A stretch of DNA of 64,000 nucleotides from Raillietiella orientalis (lineage: Eukaryota), in contig JAYWIR010000006.1 of assembly GCA_036172245.1 (NCBI GenBank), positions 3,534,001 through 3,598,000 of the forward strand. The letters are read 5' to 3'. The stretch's first letter is position 1. Every line of letters starts with the position of its first letter. Under the pieces are notes generated by a model. The model did no database searches, was not told the origin of the DNA, and saw only the letters and a program-made list of their open reading frames with translations. A program made the position numbers and the translations under genes. This document shows, in pieces, positions 1 to 11,900 of the stretch.

Positions 1-3000
1 GCATCGATCGACGCCGACCTCACGCGGTTTTCGAAGTTGCACTCGACAGCAACGTCTCCAGAAACGAAGAAAAGAGGGAAAGCTGGATGTAAGAACGCTC
101 AATGTAGGGGGGGAAAAAAAAAAAAAAAAAAAAGGAAAAGGGGGAGGGAGAGGGGCGAGGGAGGAAAGGGAACACGCTGTGCTGTCCCGTGCAGACGTGT
201 GACTTTGGCGTGCCAGGATCTTCGATGCTTGGCCCACCCCGGGTTGCTCCCTGCCCGCTAATCGGTGAGCGTGCACGCTCAGGTGAGCGCTGAGGTTGGT
301 GGCTGCTGCCACGAGGATCTTCTCCGACAAGCAGCAGCGGCAGCAGCAGCAGCAGCTGTTGTCTCCTCCGTACATCCTCTCGACGAGGTGTCGGCACAAG
401 GGAAGCCATGAATCGCACAGCAACGGAGCACGGAAGAAGGACGGAATTCCGCCTCTCTCGAATCTCAAAAAGCCGTCGCAATGATAAGGAAGTGAAATTT
501 AGCAGGCGGATATTTGGCGTCTTGGGCTTGTTTCGATCTTAGCATCCCTGTGTCCACGAGATGCCATGGCGATAGTACTGATGAGAAAATGTGCGAAAAC
601 TTCCCACTTCATCCAAAGAGCGGTGATTTGCTTTTGTTTTTTTCTTTTTCCCTGTACACTTGCGAACAGCTTTTGAATGAGATCTGAAATCGATGCGGGA
701 GTGAAAAGTGCTTCACCCAAGTCCAGTCTTCACTGATCTCAACGTTGATGACCATCCTTTAGGCTGGAACTCTCTATTGAAATGCGTAGTGATTGAAATC
801 TAAGGAGCTCTAAATGGAACGGCCAAGCAATAGATTATTAAACAAGAGAGCCTGCGCGAAAATGATTATAAATGCTACTTTCAAGAAATGACACGTCCAT
901 GACGAGAAGCAACCCTAGCGTGTAATAACCAACCCTTTACCTTCTTCGTCATCTGTCGCATCTTGAGAAGGAAAGCCTTTCTTTCACGCAGTCTTTTGTC
1001 AAATGATAAGGAGAGCGAAAAGGTCAAAAACCAAAGGTCTCCGGACAACAACACTGATGGGATGGAACCAACCAATCAGGGCAACATGAATAATCTGTAG
1101 TTGCTGATGCTGTATGAACCGAAAAGCGAAATCTTCCTGCTGTGCAAGCTCTGAGAAAAAAATAGGGCCTTTTTCAGTTTATTGCTTTGCCCCCCAAGGC
1201 ACAAACGACACCTAAAAGAAATGCTCTAAAAACACATCAGTGAATTAAGAGCTACACAACGGAAAGCTGATAACAAATGACAGCAAACAAAAACAAGGAG
1301 TGTAGTTGATTATTCTACGATGCTTGGAGTATCCAAAAGAGATTTTATGTAGTCCTTTCTTTCCTTTTTTGCCTTTCCTCCTGAATATCACTGGGGAAAA
1401 TATCTGTAAAGTGTTTGTTTATTCCACCGTGTGCATTCGATAACGGATTTGATAGCACCGTAAGCGTCCGTGGGCAAGAGGAAAGGCTTAGATATAAGGA
1501 AGTCGGAAGGGACTCCTTCCCATGCAGCACCTGCATTTGAATTGCCTCCTAAAAAGGTATATTTGACATTTGGGGAAAGCATATTTAATAACCCCAGGAA
1601 ATGGTTTTTTTTTTTGTGTGTGTGTTCGGTAGCCTAGCCTGGGCTGCTGCAAAAAAGGCGCTTGATAACCGAGAGATCGATGCTTCATTTAGCTCGATGT
1701 TCCATTTCTTAGTGGAGACTCTGACCAGGAGAGGATTTTACGAATATACAAATCCATGGTGGACGTGTATGTATTTGATCTGCTCTATTGATTTGGAACC
1801 ACATGCTTGTTATGTGTCAGAGAAGAAACGCACGAGGGTTTGGACTTCTTGAAAAATCGGCTGCCTACTCTAAACCTACGCAACCAGTCGATGCATCCAC
1901 TTCTTCTATTGACCTGTAAATTGAGAGGGTTCGTTCACTCTGACGCTGAGTGGATGTTTCACCATTTATGATATCAATCTGAGATTCAGAAGTTTTATCA
2001 ATGCTCCGGTAATTTCTTCTCGGTAGAGAGGCCGTCGGTTTGCCTCGTGTCACAACTCCGCGCAGAAGGATGCACACGGTTTTCAAAGATGGGAGTGTCC
2101 CTGCCTGTAAGTGTCGTTTCCGTGGTCTCTACCACGTTCGGGTGCCACTTTATGTTCCGGATGTTATTGCAGATTTGCTCTCAGGTTTCCCCTTTGGCTG
2201 CTCATTCGGCGCAGACGGGAAGCTTGTCTGTATCCTTCGCGGCAATCGGTCCGAAAGAGATGTCCTCGAAAATTCATTTCCTCACCCGTCGCACTCGTGC
2301 GTGTGCGTTTCCAGGAGACACCCACGCCACCGCCGTTCTCCTTCGCGCTCCGAGCCGTGGGGCGCGCACCCTGAGAGGACCTCGCGACCCGTGATTGCCC
2401 CCGTACACCAAACGTCACCGCCGGAACTCGGCGTTAACCTGCCATCATCATGGACGGTGTGTGGTGCTTTCCGTGGGTCATCCATTCATTAAGGGAGCGT
2501 TTTCCTCGTTCGTTTCTATGGACTGGATGCGAATAACTTGGTTGTGCACGTAATTTACGAGGTCCGACTCGAATCCATCATCCAAGGGAGTGGAACCGAA
2601 TCCTTGGCACCTCGTGGAAATCTCGGGGCTTCGCTTTCCTTCCATTTTCCGGGACACGAGAGGTGTGCCATCAAGACGGAGCATCTGGGAAGATCGAGAG
2701 CGCGGATTTAGGGAAAAAGATGGTCAAAAGTGAAAACGCCAAGGGCGACGAGTTTGGTGGCCCCGGAGGCGATGATTCTGCTCCCACATTTCTGTTTCTC
2801 AAGTTTTTCCTTTCTTCATTTTGTTCTTCTTGCGTCTCTTCATCGCTCAAAGCAGGATGCGAAGTATCACACATAGGAAAGTAATGTGTGACTCGAATCG
2901 TTAGGGAGCCAGTATTTTAGGGGTCAGTTTCAATTTTGAGTGGAAATGCAGACGTTACTTCTTTTCTGGCTGCAGAATGAAATCGATTTTAACTTCAGTC

Positions 3001-3399
3001 AGCGGGGTGAGGCGGCTTCGTCGAATCAAAACGTGGAAGAGCCAATAAACACCTACGGAAGATGGGATCTTGGATCCTCAAGATGGTGCATGTGGGCGCT
3101 CAAAACGAACTGGAATCTTTTAGCGCGAGGAAATCAAACGCGCTGTCCCGCCGCCATTCTGGAAATCGTTTTCCAAAAAAACAGGAATCCTCTTTTGTTT
3201 TTGCTTTTTTTTCGTTTTCGAGGGAAATTCCATGCCGTCAAACCTTAAATCTGACGGCATTGAATTTCCATTTTCTGGATAGTTAGGTCTCTATGCAAAT
3301 GGAACTCGCCCCGCCTTATAAATGATTTTCCCTCCCGTTCTGCATCACCGCAGGCTTCGGTTTCGATGGCGCAACCACCGCACCATCTTCCGGAGCATC

Positions 3400-4000
3400 G
3401 GGCTCGAAACCGCACGCAGACCTGAGATCGGAGTTCCGGCCACCGAGCGCCCACCGCCCAGGATTCGTGGATTCCGATTCGTGGGTGCCTCACGTGCCGG
3501 AAGCCACTTTCAGTTGCCAGTCCGGTGCGCGGACGAACTTCCGACCACGGCGCCGCGAAGAGCGGAACCACGCAGTTCCTCGCTCGCCAGTTGCGGCTGC
3601 CGGCAATCGTGCAGGCGCCAGCGATCGCCGAAGCAAACTCGCCCACTACGAGCTACTGCAGAAGGCCTGCAAGGTCCACAGATCGCAGGGTCGCCTCCCT
3701 CCGCCACGCATTCATCCTCGCCGAAGAGACCGAGAAAAAGAGCCAGCGACTGCATCGCGATCGCCCGAACACCGTGGTCTGGGAATGAGGAACGTCTTCG
3801 ACGGCACAGCCCCTCAGACGGAACAGCAGGGAGGTTCCGCGAAACGCCCGCCACGTGGAATGGAGCAGGGGATGGAACGCGTACACGACAGGGGGGGCGC
3901 AAGTGACGACGGCGCGAGTCCTCAAAGTCATCTTGGTTCGAAGACGGGGAACAAGGGGAATTTTGAAGCACCAGCAGTATGCTTTTGTTCGGGTTAACCC
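3400..4000 (+). mobile_element. Decayed non-LTR RT fragment (RT domain 7 to GGLG region)
   Basis: GFRFVGA (~3469) resembles the (F/K)xYLG motif, and RSPEHRGLGMRNVF (~3760-3800) resembles PKxxGGLGxR. They are in the expected order but in different frames. Confidence 0.35.
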
Positions 4001-5578
4001 GCCGGCTGAAGTTCCCCTCGCTTGGAGGCGGAAGGCACGGGGGGAGGAGAGGGGCGAGGGAAAAAAGACTGTCCGCTCCGAGGTCTCCCCGACGGGAGCA
4101 CTCTGCATCCCAGAAGGCTCTCGGAGCAAGGACGAAGTGCGATAGCTCAGACGGGCTCAAGCGCGCAGCGGCACCTCTTTGCCGTTGCCGTCGTTGACCG
4201 AGGCTTCAATTCCCGGGTCAGCTGACTCTGGCTGTTATGGCTGGACACTCTGCTGCGGCCTACCGCCACGCGCTTCCCGGGCTGATGTAACAACTGTGCT
4301 TGCGTCTCCGTCACGCAAACCGACGGTCGAGCAGCGGCCGCGTTCAGCTGAAATCCTCAGCAAGAAATTCACGGCAGCGGGAAGCTTTGCCGCCCCCCAC
4401 CCCAGCCTCCCCTCCAGATTTGTAATCCCTGCGCTGCCTTCCCAGGGATTATCAGTTTCCATGTAAATGCGGAAATTCCTGCCCTCCTTAACTGAATCGA
4501 GAGCAGGTTCGCGGAACCAAATTCCCATAGTTACGGCCGTTTGGTTAGGGAGCAGAGGAAATCCTGGCCAGAAATGATAACTGCCCAGTCAGTCGTTTCG
4601 GGAGCCCTCACTTTCCTCTGGGCAACGAAGGCGAGAACCGCAGAGCATGAGGGGAAGGGGGGGAGGAAATGGCTGCTTTGAGGGGCCGCCGGTTGGGCAC
4701 CACCGGGGAATGCGGCCTTGTCGCACGGCGGGGGGCATGGAGGGCGGCAGAGCAGCGGGAAGAAGAGCGAGGCCGTGAGATGTCATCGGGAGAGTTCGAA
4801 ACCACGCCCTGTAGGATGAGGACACTTTCGGCGGTGTCCCCGTGGTGGCTGAGGATTCCCCTCGCTACCGAAAGGCTGGAAGCACCTCCGCGTGATGGCG
4901 CAGTTCCACGAACTCCGAGCCCTACGCGCCTATCCGTCTGCCGCAGTTCACGCGGCAGTGGACACGCCTCGCCTTTCATCTCGGGACGCTTCTTCTGTTG
5001 TCCTGAGGAGGAGGTGGCACATCCTGCCTACCAGCAATGCTTCCCACGTGCGTGGGACTCGTGAAGCATGCGGTCGTCGTCGTCGCACAGGATGAAGCAC
5101 CGGCGTTCCCTCTTCGGCGCGCGAGGTGTGCGCTCTTTATGTTTTCCGGCGATGAAAGCAATTGGTAGTCACAGAGCAGAGAGCCAAGAAGACAGCTTCC
5201 GGAAGCAAGAAAAGTGAAGCCGTGCCGAAGACAAACACACACACACAAAAGGCATCCCAGGCGGTCCCGCCGCCTCGCACGTGAGACATCTTCTTCCTGC
5301 CACCCCCGATTTCCCTTTTTGCCCAGCATGCAAATTCATTGCTCTGTCCCGAAATGTAGTCTCGGTTCGGATCCGCTCGGGCGGAAAAAAAGAAGATCTG
5401 AGGACGGTGCGAATCCTTCGCGAAGAGGATGGCGCTGACGGCTCACATTTCATTTACGCCCGCTTTTCGGCGCCCGGCAAAACGCTCCTCTGCCTTTTCC
5501 CGCGCCCGAAACAAAAGGGGAACAGGAAGGGAGGGGAGAAGCGACCGCTTTCCGTACGGAGGAAACAAGCGCACGTAC

Positions 5579-5672
5579 CTGTCTTCACGAGCTTCAGGTG
5601 CACGAAGCTGTTGCTCTTGAGCTCTTCGTTGAGGGAGGGATCCGTGAGATCCTTGATGCTGAGGTCGCTCAT
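5579..5672 (-). CDS. Candidate first coding exon of an unidentified host gene (MSDLSIKDLTDPSLNEELKSNSFVHLKLVKT)
   Basis: ATG at 5672, 31 codons mostly ending in G/C, ending at a consensus donor ACAG|GTACGT (GT at 5578-5577, phase 1). CpG-rich sequence lies upstream. No homolog recognised. Confidence 0.4.
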
Positions 5673-6520
5673 GCTTACGTGCCGACTGCCCGCAACTCTG
5701 TACCAGCCGTAATACCCATTACTTCCTCACATTCCACCGTCCCAGCGAGCGGATCGTACTGCAACTCGCCGGTACAGGTAAGCAGCATTAGGTCAGCCCG
5801 TGTGAGCGCAAAAGCAAACACGAGGAAGAGATTGCCTTGCGTTCTTGGGAGAGAGGGGATCGCAGTGTTGATCGCACGTGCGTGCCCGCCGCACGCAACG
5901 GCGCGCGCGTACCCGCCTCCCGACTACGACGCACCCTCCGCTCGGCGCTGCGCACGCGGGTGGTGTATGCTCACCGATCCCCCCACACCCCCTCGTCCCC
6001 CCAGCAGGGTGGTCGGTGCACGCGCACCCACCAAAATGCAGGAGATGACAGGGCAGGGTGGCGTTCGCAACGTCTTCCGCCACCACTAGACGCACCTCTT
6101 TCCGTGCAGTTCCCAAGGGCCGGGGAATGCAGGCTTCCTGCCGACAGCAAGCCACGGTAGTTCTTAGCCTCGAGACACAGATCTGGGCTTGGATTTCTCT
6201 CAAAGAGTTCCTTTCCAAGCAAGGAGAATTTCGATCCCGTGCGCGCGGTACCTCTACGAGGCCTGGCATCCCTGCTGTTTTTCGTTTCCGCCCCCCATTT
6301 CGGGGAGGAACGCGTAAGTGGAGAGTTCTCGATTCGTTTCAGAGGGAATAGGCGGCGGAGGTGCAAGCTTCGTCTAATTTTCATGGCTAATCTTCGTTTT
6401 CCCTACAAGAAGTTGATTGCCGTTTACTCTCGAGCTGGAAAAAAATCATTAGAAGACTTCCGGTGACCTACGCTTTACGTCCGTTTAAACGGGGAAGGGG
6501 GGGGGGGGATGAATTCACGA

Positions 6521-7158
6521 ACGAATCCGACTCCTATGATATGGTCAGTGGGATAAAGACACTGTTGTGATAATCGGGTCAGCTGTGGAGCCAGGCACAG
6601 AAACCACGGTCAGGAGATGATGCATGCGCGTTGCATGGAGAAGAAGTCGTTTTTTAGACGCTGCGGCTACGGAAGCGCAGGAGAGGTCAAGAGGGGGCCA
6701 ATGGTAGACAGGCGGCGCACTGAAGCTCTTTTTGACCTGATTTTCCATGTGCTTAGATGATAACCTTAGCAAGAGCACTGCTGCACCTCGCAGGAGGCAA
6801 CTGGGCTGGGAGCAAATCGTCTGGCGCAAGAAAAGTGCAATGCGATCCGCTCGCCTCCTCCTGTAGTTTCAACTCTCTCTCATCCCGCGTTCATCTTCAG
6901 GTCTCCCCTCCTGCCCGTGGACTTGAAAGCGATGCGCTAGCCCGAGGTGGACGAAGACTGTTCCTCGAACCCAACCATCGGCCCGCTCTTGACCTCTCCT
7001 GCGCTTCCGTAACCGCAGCGTCTAAAAAACGACTTCTTCTCCATGCAACGCGCATGCATCATCTCCTGACCGTGGTTTCTGTGCCTGGTTCCACAGCTGA
7101 CCCGATTATCACAACAGTGTCTTTATCCCACTGACCATATCATAGGAGTCGGATTCGT
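6521..7158. repeat. Long inverted repeat, 185-bp arms (6521-6705, 6974-7158), 268-bp spacer
   Basis: Direct reverse-complement match, about 4 mismatches by eye. The ORF track gives nearly the same peptide on both strands (6545..6829- and 6757..7134+). No TSD seen. Confidence 0.97.
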
Positions 7159-7750
7159 GGATCCGTTTTTTTTTTTTTTTCTAAAAAAAAAGAATAAACG
7201 TGTGATTTCGTGACTCTTGCCCAGCATCAAACGAGGTGATTAAAGCTGACATGAAAAAGCAAAAGAAACTGAAATTTCTCTTGGAGACTTTTGTTGTTAG
7301 TTTACCAATCTCGTGGCTCCCTCAATAAAACAGTGGCTCTACGGATCATAAATAACATCTGGCTGATTAATCTATATAATTTCAGGATAAAAGTTGGTCT
7401 ATCAGAAAAGCTTAGTTCAAAGCAGTTTCCGAAAGAGAATCCCTGGAACATAAAGTACTGCGGGGCCCCCTGTTAAAGTCTGATTAGAAACTTTCCAACG
7501 CTGTGTACGTGTGGAAAATCAGCTCGTATTTTTGCCAGCCCTCGCGGGTAGGAAAGCACCAGCCATCTTGGTATCTTTCAAGCACCCAAGATCGGCAGCT
7601 TCGCCACACGCTCAAGAATACGACGCAACTTGGCTCGAGGGCATCCTGCAAGAGATCTAAAAGTTCGACGCCCAAGAACGATGATGGAACGATTCCATTC
7701 TTTCTCGGGATGGATGACGGATTCGTTTCGAGAAAAGTGTCCCCATCCAC

Positions 7751-7878
7751 CCTGCCTAAGCTAGTCCACCTCCATCCGTACTCCTCACCTCACCTAACCC
7801 AACTTTTCACACCTACCTAAACGGATCTGCCTACCCAGCCTCCCTGTCCTTTCCCTAACCTGACCTCACCTACCTGAT
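7751..7878 (+). repeat. Degenerate (CCTAA/CCTAC/CCTCA)n short-unit repeat
   Basis: cctcacctcacctaaccc, acctacctaa, ccctaacctgacctcacctacctga. Confidence 0.6.
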
Positions 7879-8830
7879 TCCGAACGAAAGTTTGTGCTCG
7901 TGTCCCATGCGACCTCGATGGTGCTGTTTCTTCATCTGAGACCTCGGAGGGATGAATCCGCTCAGAATGTTCGAACACCTGAACAACATTACGCCAATGT
8001 TTTTCCTTAATCCTGACATTCCTAGGCTCTAGTTTGATCCATCCAGACATCCGATGTTCAGATAGTTCCAGGCGCTGTAAAAAAGGTATCAGTACGATTT
8101 GACCGTTCCCAACTAATGATCCTTATTTGCACGGACAAAGTGTAAACAGAAAGCAGCAACTGCTGCTGCACCGCATCTGTTAATCCGCGCTAGCTACAAA
8201 CAGATTTTCCTCGCTCGAGAGCAGGGAGTCGGGATACATGGAAAGCAGGGGGTCGAGATACACGGTCTTCAATCATCTACCTCTCTGGAGCACCGCGCGA
8301 TCCGCTCTCCGTCACCTGTCTGTTTGGAATAGCAGTATCTTTGCTTTGGTCGCTGCTTGGCAATTCCACTCAATCAACATTTGCTCAAACGCTGCTCCGC
8401 CTACACTCTCTGCTGTCGTTCCCTAAACCTCTTACCTGACTTCCGAGAATGTGCAAACAGTGTGGTCAACGTGAAGAAACTTCCGCGTCGTCGACAAGAA
8501 CGTGCGGGTGGGCTTGTCCGCTCGTCCTTCGCGAGGTGCACACACGCATAGGGTGGGTGAGATCGAACTTCCGAACTCTTCTTGCTCTCTTGGAGACTCT
8601 GAAAGACCACGCGGTGCCAGACAGATTGGCAAAGTTTGACGTGACCTATGTCCACTCGAGGGGTTTGACATGTCGTTTGGATCCACCTGCTCGCTTCTTC
8701 ATCTTCCGGACCGTCGGTCCTCGCCACGCACCACTTCACCTTTTCTCCCCAGCCTCATGTGCTCGTGTCCCCTAAACATCCCATGCATCCGTTGATGGCT
8801 CATCAGATTGGAATCAACGGGTCGTGCCTC

Positions 8831-8925
8831 AGTTCTTGAAACAACTGGTTTTTTTGGAACAGTTCTTGGAGCAGATGTTTTGGGGAACAGTTCTGGGGAC
8901 AGTTGGTTTTTGGAGCAGTTGGCCC
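8831..8925 (+). repeat. Degenerate tandem repeat, core GGA(A/G)CAGTT plus a T-run, about 6 units
   Basis: gaaacaactggtttt / ggaacagttctt / ggagcagatgtttt / ggaacagttct / gggacagttggtttt / ggagcagttgg. Confidence 0.75.
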
Positions 8926-11900
8926 TGAAATTGTAGAAGTCCACGCATCCAGATGATGCGGAATAAACACACGCGCACACACTGATCCCATTATGCATTC
9001 ATCCTGCACTAGCAAGAGACTCCCCTGCTGGCTTGTGAGGAAACGAGCGGCAGCTTAGGACACCGATGCATCCACGCACACGAAAGCGCTCGCACCTGTT
9101 CCACGCGGCTGGGATGCCTAATTTCCCAGCCGGCCCGGCTGCTTGTTCTATCTTAGGAAGCCCTTCGTCTCCAAAGCAAGCTTGTGAAGGACACACTCCA
9201 TGGTTTCTTCCTTGTAGCTGGTTGCGACACTTTGCATGGTCTGCGGCCTCAGTTTGTGCACGAGCAGCAGGCACTTTATAGGACCTTTCGGCGCAAGCCA
9301 CGCTCTGCGACGTCTGTCTCCTGACGTGCCGATATTGCTGACCTCTCTTGAGCGGACAAGGCAAGGCAACGCAGCTCTTCAGGTCAGCCCGCATTTTGCA
9401 GTCTTGGCTTCGTCAGCGATGGGAAGATGGGCAGCGGGGATCGAAAGACACACGAGAGATGAGTATGCGGGAAAACCAGAAAGGCGCTCCTTTCCCACGT
9501 TCGTGAACCTCAGGCAAGGAGGGGGTTCGCTCCCAGCCGGCCATCGCGAGATGCCAGCGGCGAACGAAAATCGGGAAATCCGGAGAATCGGGTTCCCTCA
9601 AAGGGATCAGGGAAACCAATGAGTTCATAAGCGCGAGATCAGGAAAGATGGCGATCTCGGTCAGGAGTGGGTTCTGGAGGAACAGGAGAACTGCGCGATA
9701 CGGAAGGTCGTGGCTGTACAATTCCCGAGTGCGCCGGCAGTCGCCAAGTTAGCATGAAGGGAAGAAAATTTACCGTTTCGATGTACACTCCTCCCCGGTG
9801 TTGGGGTGGGGAGCTTTCGATGGAGAAGATGCCTGAAGGGGTTTTCCGGCATCGGCAACAGATCGAGCGAATCACGCAACAAAAACGATAGATTGGGAAG
9901 GTCATGCTCCTGGATAGAAGGCAATGGGAAGAGATCAATACGGAGACGCGAGTGAAGAGGCTGGATGCAACCGGCCGGAAGAAGAATATCTTTGCTCCGG
10001 AAAAAGCATCTAAGCTTCTTGAGCAGGACTTCGCCTCTCTGAACGCAGCAGCATGCGCGGGACACCGCCTCCATCCTCGGGAAATTTCAAGCTCTCGCTT
10101 TGCTGCTGTACATGAGTGGTAGGGATGTAGACACGTCAACGTGGTACACTTGCATCACGCTTGACCTCGACCTCAGTAACAAAGAATTCCTGGAAGAGTA
10201 CATTGGACCACATGCGCTCTTCAGGGACGTCTTCCCATCGAGTCTGCATTCTCGAAGAGCACCTCAAGGTGTGGATGCAAGAACAGAGAAAGGTTCCTTC
10301 TTACAGACGGAGATGGAGAGCGTTTGAGGAACACTCGGATGGCGCGAAGTGCAGCCTCCGATCGGAGATTCCCCTTTGGCTCTTGTTCTTGCGGAAGCAT
10401 CTCCTGCGTGAGTCCCGTCCTAAGGGCAAAACAAAGGCAGCCTCAACCGCGCGAGTTCCCCCGACTGTCAGCATCTCCCGCAACATCGGTCCGTCGCCTT
10501 GTTAAGCGGAAAGCTCCTCCTTGCCACGGGGAGTTGAGCGCACGAGACAATGCAGAGCATGAGAGGCACGAAGTCCCGTCTCCATGGAGTAACGAACGAG
10601 GTTGATTCGAATATTCGAATATATCGGCGGGCGGTGGACAGCTACGAGTGCTGACGTTCCGGACGAACCGCGACTCTTTAAGCAGCTCCGAATGGTTCAA
10701 GTCAGCAAAATTGATCTGCGGAAGGGAAAACGAACGCCGTTTCTTCTGATTCCTCTGCAGATCCCTACGAAACGTCAGTGAATCGCCACAGCCATCCAGA
10801 GAATCTTCCGTAATGTCAGCGGAGGATTTTTTTTTTTTTTTTTTTTTTTAATAGCGAGGTTCTGAGCATTAGCAAGGCAACGGGTGTAAGAGATCTCATC
10901 CACTTTGCTGCGAGCGGTCCTGGAGGAGTTTCATCTGCAAAAATAATTCGCAGATCACTTGGAGGGAACACCAACATCTCTCCTTCTTCAAGCCACCACT
11001 TTTCCAGTGCCGGCTCTTGTCCGCGCCGGAAACTCTAGGGCTCACTCTCGCCAGCACACTCTCGGAAAAAATGGATGCAGAAGAGAACGCCCAACAAACT
11101 CCAAAAGGCATCAAACCCTGGTCTCCAGCTGAGGATGGTTTCAACCACATCATCCACACGCAATCTCAAGAGTTCGCGATCGATCTCGAATTCCTCGTTA
11201 CGTTCGGTGAGGCAGCATCACGCCCGGGATGTGAAAGGATGGAGGAATTCCAAAACTGCGCTTCCTTCAAAGTAAAAGTCTTCTCCTGAGGATCTCTTTC
11301 TTCCTCCGAAAACGTTTCCATGGCAGCGCGCAATCCATAGAGCCACAACAGTGCTCGTCCGGACCCGAAAAATTTGCATTCCACACCAGTTGCCTGGCAA
11401 CCGGCGAAGCGCAGCCTCCACCTTGGTGCTCCCACGTGTTGCAAGCGCTCCTCTGAGAAAGAACTGCAAGTGGAAAGGATGCGAAGGGCTCGCGGCGTGC
11501 GAGGGTCAACCGCGGAAGGTCCAGCTATCAGCCGAACTGGAAATTCAAGCAAACGGTTCACCTTGGCACCCCATAAAAAGCACGAGATCTGCCCAGAGCA
11601 GGAGCTCCCTATACATCCGGTGTAACTTCGTTTCTCCTGATCGCCATATCCTCTCACAATGAATTAGAAATCCTCGAAAGTGCAGGACACGCTTCCTCCT
11701 CGGACTGGTTCCAGGAAGCATTCCCGCTAAAATTCGGTAGTTCAGAGGGACCAACAAGGGGGCGCCATGACAGGGGATTTTCTTCCACAGTTCGCTTATT
11801 TTTGCATGCCCCACTTTGACACACATGAAAGCCCAGGCAAAATCGATTAATGGCTTACAGAAGAAAAAAAAAAAAAAAGGAAAAAGGCAACTGCATCGAT

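Noticed and set aside
296..484. Poly-Q protein
   Set aside because: A short CAG microsatellite in an ORF without an ATG start, with no other coding evidence.
5610..5672. LEM domain (IKDLTDPSLNEELKS)
   Set aside because: It lacks the following G..PGPI signature.
10604..10620. Palindrome ATTCGAATATTCGAAT as a heat-shock element or TIR
   Set aside because: Only one GAAnnTTC pair, and no partner end or gene context.
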